The notes: generated by a model not told the origin, from the letters alone. A DNA stretch of 64,000 nt from a virus (IMGVR_UViG_3300023179_000057:1-64000), one strand, 5' to 3'; shown: positions 48,380 to 58,856, numbered from the stretch's first letter. Made by a program: numbers and translations.

Positions 48380-49595
48380 TACAGAAGCAAAACTAATTAG
48401 TGCAGTATTAAGTGATAAACAAATACATGTTTTGCTACAAGCCAACGTAGATAATCTTTTAAGAACTCATAATGATGTCTGGAATTTTATCAGGTTATAT
48501 TCAGAAAATAATCAATCAGTTCCGCCAGCATCTTTGGTCGTAGAAAAATTTAGAGATTTTGCTCCAGTAGAAAATGTTGGATCAACCAAACACCACTTAG
48601 AAGAATTACAAACAGAGTATTTAAATGATAGCCTTAAAGATATATTACGTAATGCAGCATCTGAAGTTCAGGTAGGAAATGGTTCAAATGCCCTTGAGCA
48701 ATTAATTACAAAAACATCTGAGTTAAAAAAGAATACCGCTGCTATTAGGGATATTGAAGTTACAGATTTAGATTCAGCGGTTGCATATTTTGAAAATGTA
48801 AAAAAAATGCAGGATCTTGGACACATTGGAATTAAAACAGGACTACCAGGATTTGATAATTATTTACCTTCAGGAATTATGCCAGGGCAATTAGGAGTAT
48901 TTTTAGCCTATCCAGGAATAGGTAAATCTTGGCTGGCATTGTATTTTGCTGTACAGGCTTGGAAGCAAGGTCGTAGTCCACTTATTATCAGTCTTGAAAT
49001 GTCTGAAACAGAAGTTCGTAATCGTGTATTTGCAATTATGGGTGAAGGACTTTGGTCTCATCGTAAACTTAGTAATGGTGAAGTAGAAATTGATATGCTT
49101 AAAAAATGGCATGCTGAAAAATTAGCAGGTAAGCCAGAGTTTCATATTATTTCTAATGATAATGGTGGAGATTTAACTCCATCAGTTATACGTGGAAAGA
49201 TTGATCAATATAAACCAGACTTTGTTATTGTAGATTATTTACAACTTATGTCACCAAATCAAAAAGCAGACAACGAGACGGTACGTATGAAAAATCTATC
49301 TCGTGAACTTAAACTTATGTCTATTAGTGAAGAAGTTCCTATTATTGCTATATCTTCTGCTACTCCAGATGACGTTAAAGATCTTTCTACACCGCCAACT
49401 TTAGGGCAGACTGCATGGTCTAGACAAATTGCTTATGATGCTGACTGGGTAATGGCATTAGGTCGTGCTACGAATAGTGATATTATTGAATGCGTATTTA
49501 GAAAAAATAGAAATGGTTTTATGGGAGACTTTTTAGTTCAAGTAGACTTTGATAGAGGCTACTATCGTTATAAGGATTTTGAAGATGATAAATAG
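48372..49595 (+). CDS. dnaB: DnaB-like replicative helicase
   Basis: AYPGIGKS Walker A, SLEMS, IVDYLQLM, KNRNG. Confidence 0.92.
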   Translation: MNNTEAKLISAVLSDKQIHVLLQANVDNLLRTHNDVWNFIRLYSENNQSVPPASLVVEKFRDFAPVENVGSTKHHLEELQTEYLNDSLKDILRNAASEVQVGNGSNALEQLITKTSELKKNTAAIRDIEVTDLDSAVAYFENVKKMQDLGHIGIKTGLPGFDNYLPSGIMPGQLGVFLAYPGIGKSWLALYFAVQAWKQGRSPLIISLEMSETEVRNRVFAIMGEGLWSHRKLSNGEVEIDMLKKWHAEKLAGKPEFHIISNDNGGDLTPSVIRGKIDQYKPDFVIVDYLQLMSPNQKADNETVRMKNLSRELKLMSISEEVPIIAISSATPDDVKDLSTPPTLGQTAWSRQIAYDADWVMALGRATNSDIIECVFRKNRNGFMGDFLVQVDFDRGYYRYKDFEDDK

Positions 49596-50511
49596 AGATT
49601 CATATACAGCAGAACAAGTTAAGCGTGTACTAACTGGCGCTGGTATTGATATTGAAGCAGAGTATGGAACTGATTATATTGTTTTTTGTCCATATCATAA
49701 CAATAATAGAACTCCCGCTGGAGAAGTGTCAAAAGAGCATGGAATGTTTTTTTGTTTTGGATGTCAAACCACAAAAACTCTTATTGAGTTTGTAATGTAT
49801 ACATCTAATAGAACTTATTTTGAGGCTGTAAGATATATTAAAAGTAAAGAGCAAGAAACAAATATTGAGGATTCTGTTAATAAAGCATTGATCAGCAAAC
49901 CTGAGTTTGTCCAATATGACGAGTTATTAATTAAAAGATTAAATAATCAAGCATTAGAATCTCCAAGAGCAATTAGATATTTTGAAGGTAGAAAAATTAC
50001 AAAAGAGTCAATAGATAAGTTTAGTCTTGGATACTCTGAAAAACAAGATTCAGTTACTATACCAATACATTCTCCAGATGGAATGTGTATAGGTTTTGTT
50101 GCAAGAACTATTGAAGGCAAAGAATTTAAAAATACACCAGGATTACCAAAAGGAAAAGTTTTATTTAATTTGCACAGGATAAAAACATCTAGCACAGTTT
50201 ATGTTGTAGAGTCATCCTTTGATGCAATTAGATTAGATCAAGTAGGATTCCCTGCCGTTGCTACGTTAGGGGCTAATGTTTCTGCAGCACAGATAAGGTT
50301 GTTAGAAAAATATTTTAACAGCATTGTTTTGATTGCAGACAACGATGATGCAGGAATAATAATGAGAGATAAGTTAATTGAAAAACTTGGACCTGTTGTT
50401 ACTTCTGTATATATAGATAAAAAGTATAAAGATATAGGTGACATGGATGATCAAGCAATTAAAAAGTTAGAATTCCAGTTTGACAACTCTATAATTAATA
50501 TGCTACAATAA
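49585..50511 (+). CDS. dnaG: DNA primase (CHC2 zinc finger + TOPRIM)
   Basis: CPYH...CFGC, VVES.FD, DND.AG, KDIGD. Confidence 0.9.
   Translation: MINRDSYTAEQVKRVLTGAGIDIEAEYGTDYIVFCPYHNNNRTPAGEVSKEHGMFFCFGCQTTKTLIEFVMYTSNRTYFEAVRYIKSKEQETNIEDSVNKALISKPEFVQYDELLIKRLNNQALESPRAIRYFEGRKITKESIDKFSLGYSEKQDSVTIPIHSPDGMCIGFVARTIEGKEFKNTPGLPKGKVLFNLHRIKTSSTVYVVESSFDAIRLDQVGFPAVATLGANVSAAQIRLLEKYFNSIVLIADNDDAGIIMRDKLIEKLGPVVTSVYIDKKYKDIGDMDDQAIKKLEFQFDNSIINMLQ
50480..50509 (+). promoter_or_regulatory. Sigma70-type promoter TTGACA-18-TACAAT with TG extension
   Basis: Near-consensus elements at the end of the primase gene. Confidence 0.65.
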
Positions 50512-50528
50512 AAAAAAGGAAAAATAAA

Positions 50529-51062
50529 ATGAGTGAAAAAATATTTGACTCTTTAAAAGAAACTTCAACAATTGTTGATGTTTTTATGCAAAGACCATCA
50601 AAATATATGATGTTATTATCTTTTGCACAAGAAATATTAAGAGAAGATTCTTTTTTGTCAAAACAAGATAGAGAATTAATTGCAACTTTTACTTCAAATT
50701 TAAATAATTGTAAATTTTGTACTGGATCACACAAAGTTTTTGCATTGTCTGTAGGTGCATCTGAAGAAGAAGTTAATATTGCACTATCTGATAATTATTC
50801 TGGACATAGGCTTGAAAGTATTTTAGACTATGTTAAAAAATTAACTGTTGCTCCATCATCAATTACAAAAAAGGATGCACAAAAGGTATTTGATGTTGGA
50901 TTTTCAGAAGATGAACTAAAGGATGCTATTGCTGTTTGTGCTGCCTTTAATCTATTTAATAGAATTGTTGAAGGGCACGGAATACAAGAAAATGCTGATA
51001 CTTGGTTGCCCTCAGCAGAACAAATAAATAAATCAGGATATGATAAAAGATATGAAAAATAA
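50529..51062 (+). CDS. AhpD/carboxymuconolactone decarboxylase family peroxidase-like protein
   Basis: RELIA...S.LN.CKFC.GSH; A.FN..NR. Confidence 0.82.
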   Translation: MSEKIFDSLKETSTIVDVFMQRPSKYMMLLSFAQEILREDSFLSKQDRELIATFTSNLNNCKFCTGSHKVFALSVGASEEEVNIALSDNYSGHRLESILDYVKKLTVAPSSITKKDAQKVFDVGFSEDELKDAIAVCAAFNLFNRIVEGHGIQENADTWLPSAEQINKSGYDKRYEK

Positions 51063-51360
51063 AAAAGTAAAAAGACATATGGAGTGGGTCATTGCTTTAA
51101 AAACAATGAGTCATAAAAAATATTGGAATAGACCAAACACAGTAGAATTTTTTGCGTTTGTTGCTAAAGCCTGTATAATTTTTCCAGGATTACTTTTTGG
51201 AAAAGAAATTTGGTGGCTATATATCTTTGCACTTGTTTCAAGTCTTGGATTAATCTGGTCATCAACAATAAAAACTATACCAACCCTTATATGGTTTAAT
51301 ATATTGTGGAGCATTCTTGCTATTGCATATATGTTAAAATATTTTGGGTTAATATTATAA
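51052..51360 (+). CDS. Small multi-pass membrane protein
   Basis: Three hydrophobic segments. Confidence 0.7.
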   Translation: MKNKKVKRHMEWVIALKTMSHKKYWNRPNTVEFFAFVAKACIIFPGLLFGKEIWWLYIFALVSSLGLIWSSTIKTIPTLIWFNILWSILAIAYMLKYFGLIL

Positions 51361-51381
51361 AAATAGGAGAAAAATAAAAAT

Positions 51382-52038
51382 ATGACTATAGTAAAGGGAC
51401 TAAAAAACATTAACGCCCTAGTTGACAAACCAAAATATGATGAAAACTCTCCAAAGGTAAGATGGCTAAAACTTGCCGATGGACAATCTGCAAAAATTAG
51501 ATTCGTTGAAGAACTTGACGAAGATTCTGCAAACTATAATCCTGAAAGAGGATTAGCACTTGTTGTAAAAGAACACGTAAATCCAAAAGACTACAAGCGC
51601 AAGGCTGTAGACACAATGGAAACAGAAGGTCGTGACTGGGCAGAAGAAATGCACAGAAAAGATCCAAAGGCTGGCTGGAGAGCACGTCTTCGTTTTTACT
51701 GCAACGTTTTAGTAGACGACGGCATTGAAGCACCATATACCGCAATTTGGTCAATGGGTGTTAGCAAGCAATCAGCATTTAATACAATTCGTGAGTATGC
51801 TCTTGAAACAGGAAGCATCTCAAACGTAAACTGGAAATTAAAGCGTAATGGCCAAGGTACAGAAACAAGTTATACACTAATTCCATCTGCACCAGATAAA
51901 GAGCCATACGACTGGTCAGCAGTTAAGCCATATCCACTTGAGTTAGCATTAAAGAAAATTCCTTATGCTGAACAAGAGGCTTTCTATTTGGGGTTTGATA
52001 CCCCATCTGTAACTTCATCAACCAATACAGATTGGTAA
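51382..52038 (+). CDS. Single-stranded DNA-binding protein (gp32-like)
   Basis: WLKL.DG.S.KIRF, KRNG.GTETSY; between primase and polymerase. Confidence 0.7.
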   Translation: MTIVKGLKNINALVDKPKYDENSPKVRWLKLADGQSAKIRFVEELDEDSANYNPERGLALVVKEHVNPKDYKRKAVDTMETEGRDWAEEMHRKDPKAGWRARLRFYCNVLVDDGIEAPYTAIWSMGVSKQSAFNTIREYALETGSISNVNWKLKRNGQGTETSYTLIPSAPDKEPYDWSAVKPYPLELALKKIPYAEQEAFYLGFDTPSVTSSTNTDW

Positions 52039-52039
52039 A

Positions 52040-55000
52040 ATGAGTTACGTAGGCTTACACGTACACACTCATTACTCACTGTTTGACGGTGTTGCTACTC
52101 CAGAAGAATATATAAACCGAGCAGTTGAACTTGGTATGCCAGCACTGGCTATCACAGATCACGGAACCTTATCTGGGCATCGGGAACTGTACCGAATTGC
52201 AAAAGCAAAAGGTGTAAAGCCAATTCTAGGTCTAGAAGGATATATGTGTGCAGACATATCTGATAGAAGAGATAAGTCTGAAAGATCAGGTCAACAAGAT
52301 CTTGTATATAATCATATTATCCTTCTAGCCAAGAATCAAAAAGGTTTAGAAAATCTTAATAAAATTAGTGAAATTTCATGGACAGATGGATTTTTTAAAA
52401 AGCCAAGATTTGATTTTGCCATATTAGAAAAATATAAAGAAGGTATTATTGTTACTTCTGCATGTCCAAGTAGCGTTCTTGTTAAAGCATTAGAAGAACA
52501 AGAGTTTGCACTTGCTAAAAAACATATTGCTTGGTTTAAAAATAATTTTGGCAATGATTACTACATTGAAGTTATGCCACACAATGCACCAGAAATAAAT
52601 AAATATTTATTAGAACTTGCGGATGAATTTAACATAAAGGCTATTGTTACACCAGACTGTCACCATTCAGATACATCTCAAAGAGAAGTACAAGAATTTA
52701 AATTATTATTAAATACTCACGCAAAAGTAAATAAAGAAGCATCCTATGAAAAATCTAAAAAGAAAACAGATATGATGGAAAGATTAGATTATCTTTATGG
52801 TGCTGATCGTGATATTACATTTAACAAATTCAATATTCATTTGCTTTCTTATGAAGAAATAAAAGCAGATATGCAAAAGCAGGGTATTTATAGAGAAGAC
52901 ATATATTCCAATACATTGTTATTAGCAGATACAGTAGAAGATTATAACATTCAAGATGGGCTAAACCTTCTTCCAGTTCAATATAAAAATCCAGATCAAG
53001 AGTTAGCAAACTTAGCATTTGCAGGCCTTGAAGAAAAAAGACTTAATTCTAATTGGCTTGGTAATGATATATATGAGGAAAGACTTGATGAAGAGTTATT
53101 AATTATTAGAGATAAAAAGTTTGCACCATACTTTCTTGTAGTAAGCAATATGATTAACTGGGCAAAAAAAGAAAACATTTTAGTTGGTCCAGGACGTGGA
53201 TCTTCTGCTGGATCTTTAGTTTGTTACTTACTTGGCATAACCGATATTGATCCAATTGAACATAATCTTTTGTTTTTCCGCTTTATTAATCCAGAAAGAA
53301 ATGATTTTCCAGATATTGACACAGATATTCAAGATTCAAGACGTGATGAAGTAAAAGATTATTTAGTTAAACAATATAGACATGTTGCATCTATTGCTAC
53401 CTTTTTACAATTTAAAGATAAAGGTGTTGTTAGAGATGTTGCACGAGTTTTAGATATTCCATTAACTGATGTAAATAAAGTTTTAAAGTTAGTTGATACA
53501 TGGGATGAATTTTGTACTTCAAAAAATACCCAATGGTTTAGAGACAAATATCCAGAAATAGAAAAATATGGAGAACAACTTCGTGGTCGTATTCGTGGAA
53601 CTGGCATTCATGCTGCTGGAGTTGTTACTAGTAAAAACCCTATATTTAGATATGCACCACTAGAGACTCGCTCTTCTCCTGGATCACAAGAAAGAATTCC
53701 TGTAGTTGGTATTGATATGCAAGAGGCTGAAAGAATAGGTCTTATTAAAATTGATGCATTAGGATTAAAAACTTTAAGTGTAATTAAAGATACAATTGAT
53801 ATTATAAAACAAAATCATTATAAAGATATTGACCTACTTTCTCTTGATATGCAAGATCCAAAAATATATGAAATGTTATCTGATGGGTATACAAAAGGTG
53901 TATTCCAATGTGAAGCAACTCCTTATACAAATTTACTTGTAAAAATGGGTGTAAAAAACTTTGATGAACTTGCAGCATCAAATGCCCTTGTTCGTCCAGG
54001 AGCAATGAATACTATTGGAAAAGATTATATTGCTCGTAAACATGGTCGTCAAAATATTGATTATCTGCATCAGGTTTTAAAGCCTATAACTCAAGAAACA
54101 TATGGGTGTATTCTATATCAGGAACAAGTTATGCAGGCTTGCGTTGAACTTGGTGGTATGACAATGGCAGAGGCAGACAAAGTAAGAAAGATTATTGGTA
54201 AAAAGAAAGATGCAAAAGAGTTCGGTGTTTTTCAAGATAGGTTTGTTTCTGGGGCGAGTAAGTTCATATCTCCTAATCAAGCCCTTGATTTATGGCATGA
54301 CTTTGAGGCACATGCGGGGTATTCGTTCAACAAAAGTCATGCGGTTGCTTACTCTACGCTCTCGTATTGGACGGCGTGGTTAAAATATTATTATCCATTA
54401 GAGTTTATGTTTGCTCTTCTTAAAAATGAAAAAGATAAAGATGGTCGTACAGAATATCTAATTGAAGCAAAGCGTATGGGAATTCCAGTAAAACTTCCAC
54501 ACATAAATGACTCTGATTTAGATTTTAAGATTGAAGGTAAAGGCATTAGATTTGGTCTTACTGGAATTAAATTTATTTCAGATAACATTGCTCAAAAATA
54601 TATTAATGCTAGACCATTTAATACATATAAAGAATTAGAGGAGTTTACTTTTACAAAAGGTAATGGCGTTAATAGTAGAGCGCTAAATGCTTTAAAGTTA
54701 ACAGGTGCAGCAACATTTTCTGATAATCCCAGAAATGATGAAGAGATAAAAGAAAATCTTTATGAGTATTTAAATCTTCCAGAGTTTAATATTACTATTC
54801 CTTCTCATTATCATGCCTTTATTAATGAGGTTTGTGATTTTGAAGAAAAAGGATCTTTTATTTTAATGGGAATGATAAAATCAATTAAACGAAGAAAAGG
54901 GTGGTCAAGAGTTGAAATTTTGGACAAAACTGGGTCTGTCGGTATATTTGATGATGAAAATACCACGATTGAGACTGGTCGTACTTATATTATTGTTGCT

Positions 55001-55327
55001 AATGATAATAGGATTGTTACTACAGTTCCTATTGATGAAATAAAAGGATCGTCAAATGCATTAATTAAGTTTTTAAGTTATAAACAATTGCCATACAAAG
55101 AAGATGAAATGTTTGTAGTTTCTTTTAAACCAAGAGTAACTAAAGCAGGTAAAAAAATGGCTTCATTAACTTTAGCAGATACAGCAAGAGAATTACATTC
55201 AGTTACTGTATTTCCAACTGCATTTCCAAAAGCATATATGCATGTTCAAGAAGGAAGCGCTTATAAATTTAGTTTTGGCAAAACAAAAGACGGTACAGTA
55301 ATAATGGAGGATGTAAATGTCAGTTAG
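52040..55327 (+). CDS. dnaE: DNA polymerase III alpha subunit
   Basis: HVHT.YS..DG, TDHG, GPGRGS, PDID.D, HAAG, FNKSH. Confidence 0.95.
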   Translation: MSYVGLHVHTHYSLFDGVATPEEYINRAVELGMPALAITDHGTLSGHRELYRIAKAKGVKPILGLEGYMCADISDRRDKSERSGQQDLVYNHIILLAKNQKGLENLNKISEISWTDGFFKKPRFDFAILEKYKEGIIVTSACPSSVLVKALEEQEFALAKKHIAWFKNNFGNDYYIEVMPHNAPEINKYLLELADEFNIKAIVTPDCHHSDTSQREVQEFKLLLNTHAKVNKEASYEKSKKKTDMMERLDYLYGADRDITFNKFNIHLLSYEEIKADMQKQGIYREDIYSNTLLLADTVEDYNIQDGLNLLPVQYKNPDQELANLAFAGLEEKRLNSNWLGNDIYEERLDEELLIIRDKKFAPYFLVVSNMINWAKKENILVGPGRGSSAGSLVCYLLGITDIDPIEHNLLFFRFINPERNDFPDIDTDIQDSRRDEVKDYLVKQYRHVASIATFLQFKDKGVVRDVARVLDIPLTDVNKVLKLVDTWDEFCTSKNTQWFRDKYPEIEKYGEQLRGRIRGTGIHAAGVVTSKNPIFRYAPLETRSSPGSQERIPVVGIDMQEAERIGLIKIDALGLKTLSVIKDTIDIIKQNHYKDIDLLSLDMQDPKIYEMLSDGYTKGVFQCEATPYTNLLVKMGVKNFDELAASNALVRPGAMNTIGKDYIARKHGRQNIDYLHQVLKPITQETYGCILYQEQVMQACVELGGMTMAEADKVRKIIGKKKDAKEFGVFQDRFVSGASKFISPNQALDLWHDFEAHAGYSFNKSHAVAYSTLSYWTAWLKYYYPLEFMFALLKNEKDKDGRTEYLIEAKRMGIPVKLPHINDSDLDFKIEGKGIRFGLTGIKFISDNIAQKYINARPFNTYKELEEFTFTKGNGVNSRALNALKLTGAATFSDNPRNDEEIKENLYEYLNLPEFNITIPSHYHAFINEVCDFEEKGSFILMGMIKSIKRRKGWSRVEILDKTGSVGIFDDENTTIETGRTYIIVANDNRIVTTVPIDEIKGSSNALIKFLSYKQLPYKEDEMFVVSFKPRVTKAGKKMASLTLADTARELHSVTVFPTAFPKAYMHVQEGSAYKFSFGKTKDGTVIMEDVNVS

Positions 55328-56330
55328 TGTAGAAGATGTATTATCGCAGTTAGACCCAAGAATACGTAAACGTTTGGGAACAGGAGAGGGCGTTACATTT
55401 GAATATCAGCCAACTCCAAGTTTTGGACTTAATCGTGCATTAAATGGTGGTTTACCATATGGCCGTCAAGTTTTAATTTGGGGTAGTAAGTCTTCTGCTA
55501 AATCATCTATGTGTTTGCAAATGATTGCTTTAGCACAAAAAGAAGGCAAGGTTTGTGCATGGATTGACTCTGAGATGTCATACTCTGAAGATTGGGCGAA
55601 AAAACTTGGGGTAGATCCAACAAAACTTATTTATTCACAAGCAAGAACTATCAGTGATATGGTAGAGATTGGTGTCAGCCTTATGAATGCTGGCGTTGAT
55701 TTAATTGTGGTTGATTCAATTACTTCTTTGTTGCCTGCAATCTATTTTGAAAAAGATTCAGACGAAATGAAGGCTCTTGAAAACACTAAACAAATTGGAG
55801 CAGAGTCTAGAGACTTTAGCAATGCATGGAAAATGCTTAACTATGCTAATAACAAAGTAAAACCTACTTTGCTTGTTCTTATTTCACAATCAAGAAATAA
55901 TATTAATGCAATGTATACAAGTCAACAGCCATCTGGTGGACAAGCAACAAAGTTTTATTCATCCTGTGTTATAAAATTATTTTCTTCTGAATCAGATAAT
56001 CAAGCAATTAAAGGAAAAATTAAAGTAGGAGATAAATTAATTGAAGAAAAAATTGGCAGAAAAGTTAGATGGGAATTACAGTTTTCAAAAACTTCTCCAG
56101 GTTTCCAATCTGGTGAGTATGATTTTTATTTTAGAGGTGATGATCTTGGTGTTGATGCAATAGGTGATTTAGTTGATACTGCAGAATCAGTTGGTCTACT
56201 TAATAGAACTGGTGCTTGGTATCAGTTAGATGATGGAACCAAAGTGCAGGGTCGTGATGGCTTAATAAATCGTGTTAAAGAAGATTTAAATTTACAAGAA
56301 CAACTTAGGACAAAAATAGTTAATGGCTGA
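55317..56330 (+). CDS. recA: RecA/UvsX-like recombinase
   Basis: GGLP.GR, G..SS.KS, IDSE, VVDSI, GG.A.KFY. Confidence 0.9.
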   Translation: MSVSVEDVLSQLDPRIRKRLGTGEGVTFEYQPTPSFGLNRALNGGLPYGRQVLIWGSKSSAKSSMCLQMIALAQKEGKVCAWIDSEMSYSEDWAKKLGVDPTKLIYSQARTISDMVEIGVSLMNAGVDLIVVDSITSLLPAIYFEKDSDEMKALENTKQIGAESRDFSNAWKMLNYANNKVKPTLLVLISQSRNNINAMYTSQQPSGGQATKFYSSCVIKLFSSESDNQAIKGKIKVGDKLIEEKIGRKVRWELQFSKTSPGFQSGEYDFYFRGDDLGVDAIGDLVDTAESVGLLNRTGAWYQLDDGTKVQGRDGLINRVKEDLNLQEQLRTKIVNG

Positions 56331-56508
56331 ACAAAATTTTTCTACCTATGAAGGTAAATGGCCGTGCAAAGTTTGTCAAGAAATTGTAAAAATATTAAGA
56401 TATTGGAGAGAGACTGGAGATGCTACTTGGATGTGTTCACAAAAACATATTTCAAAAGTTAATTTAATTCCTCCTAAAAAAAGAAAAAAGGATTTTGCTG
56501 ATGAGTGA
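56323..56508 (+). CDS. Small zinc-binding protein
   Basis: CKVC...CSQKH. Confidence 0.6.
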   Translation: MAEQNFSTYEGKWPCKVCQEIVKILRYWRETGDATWMCSQKHISKVNLIPPKKRKKDFADE

Positions 56509-56791
56509 AAAAAATGAATCAAAGAGGATAGGTGCAAAACAACATAAAAATTCTGGTCGCAACACTAAAAAAGGTGATGCAACTTGGAAAAATTTTATTG
56601 TTGATTTCAAAGAATCTTCTAAATCATTTACCCTTAATCAAGATATTTGGGCTAAGGCAGTTACTGACTCTTTAAAGGCGGGTAAAGATAAATCACCAGC
56701 AATAATTGTTATCTTTGGAGAAGGCAATAAAAAAACTCGTCTTGCTATAATAGAATTTGATTTATTAGATCAACTTACGGGGGAAAAATAA
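56501..56791 (+). CDS. Hjc-like PD-(D/E)XK nuclease/resolvase
   Basis: E...SG...GD...VDFK. Confidence 0.6.
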   Translation: MSEKNESKRIGAKQHKNSGRNTKKGDATWKNFIVDFKESSKSFTLNQDIWAKAVTDSLKAGKDKSPAIIVIFGEGNKKTRLAIIEFDLLDQLTGEK

Positions 56792-57102
56792 TGGAGCAAG
56801 CATCAAATAAAACAACCCTTGAAATGGTTAATGGTTTGACAGAAATTGCAGAGTATATGCAAGATGAAGAACTTACAACTGCTTTAACAATGATTGCAAA
56901 GATCATTATTAAGCCAGACATTCCACTTCAGGTAGCAAGTTTAGAGATTGTAAGGCTTCAGGCTATTGCTGCAAAAATGTCATTTAAAGCAACTTGGATG
57001 GCAAATGTTGATAAAACTGACAGGGCAAAGAAAAACATATACTTTACAGCAGCAGAAGCAATTAATGACTTAGTATCAGCACTCAAGTACATAATGCGTT
57101 AA
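56791..57102 (+). CDS. Hypothetical helical protein
   Basis: Translationally coupled ORF. Confidence 0.7.
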   Translation: MEQASNKTTLEMVNGLTEIAEYMQDEELTTALTMIAKIIIKPDIPLQVASLEIVRLQAIAAKMSFKATWMANVDKTDRAKKNIYFTAAEAINDLVSALKYIMR

Positions 57103-57134
57103 TTTGGTATACTTAATATAAACAAGGGATAAAA

Positions 57135-57995
57135 ATGACTAAAAACTTGCTAGAACAGATTATGGTTAAAAAAATTAACCAAAGTAAGAGTATTAATCAA
57201 GGAGATGAATCATTCGTTGATGGTTTGGCAGATGCAATTAATTCTGGATACCTTGCAAAAACAAAGCCAAAGTTTACAAAGAAAAATAATTTTTCTGCAT
57301 CTGGATTAACTTATGGTGCTGGAGAATGTCCAAGGTATTGGCATTTAGCATTTGATGGACAAATACATTATGATAATGCAGATGCTTGGGGTGTGGCAAA
57401 TAGAACACAGGGAACACAGGGTCATGAAAGAATTCAAGAAGCAATACAGGCTTCTGGATTACTTGATGAAGAAATGGAAATGGATCCACTTCCAAGAAAA
57501 TATAATAAACAAACTCATCCAGCAATGGAGTTTAGAGTTAAAGTTGATGATCCACCATTTGATGGTTATGGCGATGTAATGCTTAAATACAAAGGTGAAA
57601 GACTTATCGGTGAAATTAAAACAATGCCAAATGATGGATTTCAATATAAAAAAATTAGCAGACGTCCTAAGATGGCACACCTAATGCAATTATTAATGTA
57701 TATGAAGGTTTGGAAAATTCGTAAAGGCGTAATTATTTATGAAAATAAAAATAGTCATGAATTACTTACTTTGCCTGTAGTGGTAAATGATCATTATCGT
57801 AATTGGGTTGATCAAGCCTTTGATTGGATGAGAGAAGTTTATAAAACTTGGCAAAATAAAGAATTAGCACAAAAACCATACCGCTCTAATTCAAAAATTT
57901 GCAAGGTTTGTCCTATTCAAAAAGCATGTGCTGAAGCAGAGGTTGGAACAATAAAAATCAAACCTTTGGAATTATTAAAGGATGATATGGATTAA
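57135..57995 (+). CDS. Cas4-like/RecB-family exonuclease with 4-Cys cluster
   Basis: CPRYW, GT..HE, D...EIKT, Q...Y, CKVCP...C. Confidence 0.8.
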   Translation: MTKNLLEQIMVKKINQSKSINQGDESFVDGLADAINSGYLAKTKPKFTKKNNFSASGLTYGAGECPRYWHLAFDGQIHYDNADAWGVANRTQGTQGHERIQEAIQASGLLDEEMEMDPLPRKYNKQTHPAMEFRVKVDDPPFDGYGDVMLKYKGERLIGEIKTMPNDGFQYKKISRRPKMAHLMQLLMYMKVWKIRKGVIIYENKNSHELLTLPVVVNDHYRNWVDQAFDWMREVYKTWQNKELAQKPYRSNSKICKVCPIQKACAEAEVGTIKIKPLELLKDDMD

Positions 57996-58000
57996 TTGAT

Positions 58001-58294
58001 GTGAGACTTTGTGAAAGGTGCGATAAAAGTTTTAAACCAAAAGTAAGTTATCAAATTTACTGTGGAGATGAATGCAGAGAAATCGCAACAAAAAATAAAA
58101 TAGCAGAAAGATATCAAATAACCCGAAGACAAAGAAGAAAGGGAAAGAAAAGGCTCTGTCTTGGTGGTTGTGGTAAGCAGTTGTCAATATATAATGATTC
58201 TGGTTTTTGTTCTGATTGTAATGTAAATAAAAAAGAAGTAGATAAAATGTTAAAACAAATAAAGGGGTTTATTGATTATGAACAACAATGGTAA
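58001..58294 (+). CDS. Multi-Cys zinc-finger protein
   Basis: CERC..YC...C; C...C; CSDC. Confidence 0.7.
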   Translation: MRLCERCDKSFKPKVSYQIYCGDECREIATKNKIAERYQITRRQRRKGKKRLCLGGCGKQLSIYNDSGFCSDCNVNKKEVDKMLKQIKGFIDYEQQW

Positions 58295-58856
58295 CCCTAA
58301 AACTATTTGTGCAATTGATGCTAGTACTAATAGTCTTGCTTTTGCAATTTTTAATAATAATAATTTAGGAAATATTGGAAAGATTAAATTTGAAGGAAAT
58401 ACTAACTATGAAAAAGTTATGGATGCGTGTAAAAAAACAAAAGCGTTTTTTGAATATTATAATGGTTTTGAAGCAATTGTAATTGAGCATACTGTTTTTA
58501 TGAATAGCCCTAAAACTGCTGCAGATTTAGCATTAGTTCAGGGTGCACTGTTAGGAGCAGCAGGATTGACTGGAACAAAGACGATAGGAACTGTAGCACC
58601 AATTACTTGGCAAAACTATTTAGGAAATAAAAAACTAACTAAAGAAGAACAGGTTATAATTAGATCAAAGAATCCTGGTAAGTCAGATTCTTGGTACAAG
58701 ACATATGAAAGACAGATTAGAAAAGAAAGGACCATAAAGTTAATTGAAATCAACTATTGTAAAACTATTAGCGACAATGATGTTGCTGACGCTTGTGGTA
58801 TCGGTCATTGGGCTATTAATAATTGGAATAAAGCAATAAGGGAAAATATAAAATGA
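58278..58856 (+). CDS. ruvC: RuvC-like Holliday junction resolvase
   Basis: AIDAS, IVIE, D.ADA.GI. Confidence 0.75.
   Translation: MNNNGNPKTICAIDASTNSLAFAIFNNNNLGNIGKIKFEGNTNYEKVMDACKKTKAFFEYYNGFEAIVIEHTVFMNSPKTAADLALVQGALLGAAGLTGTKTIGTVAPITWQNYLGNKKLTKEEQVIIRSKNPGKSDSWYKTYERQIRKERTIKLIEINYCKTISDNDVADACGIGHWAINNWNKAIRENIK

Noticed and set aside
57135-57995. CRISPR-Cas system suggested by the Cas4-like gene
   Set aside because: No repeat-spacer array or other cas genes seen; solo Cas4-like nucleases are common in phage recombination modules
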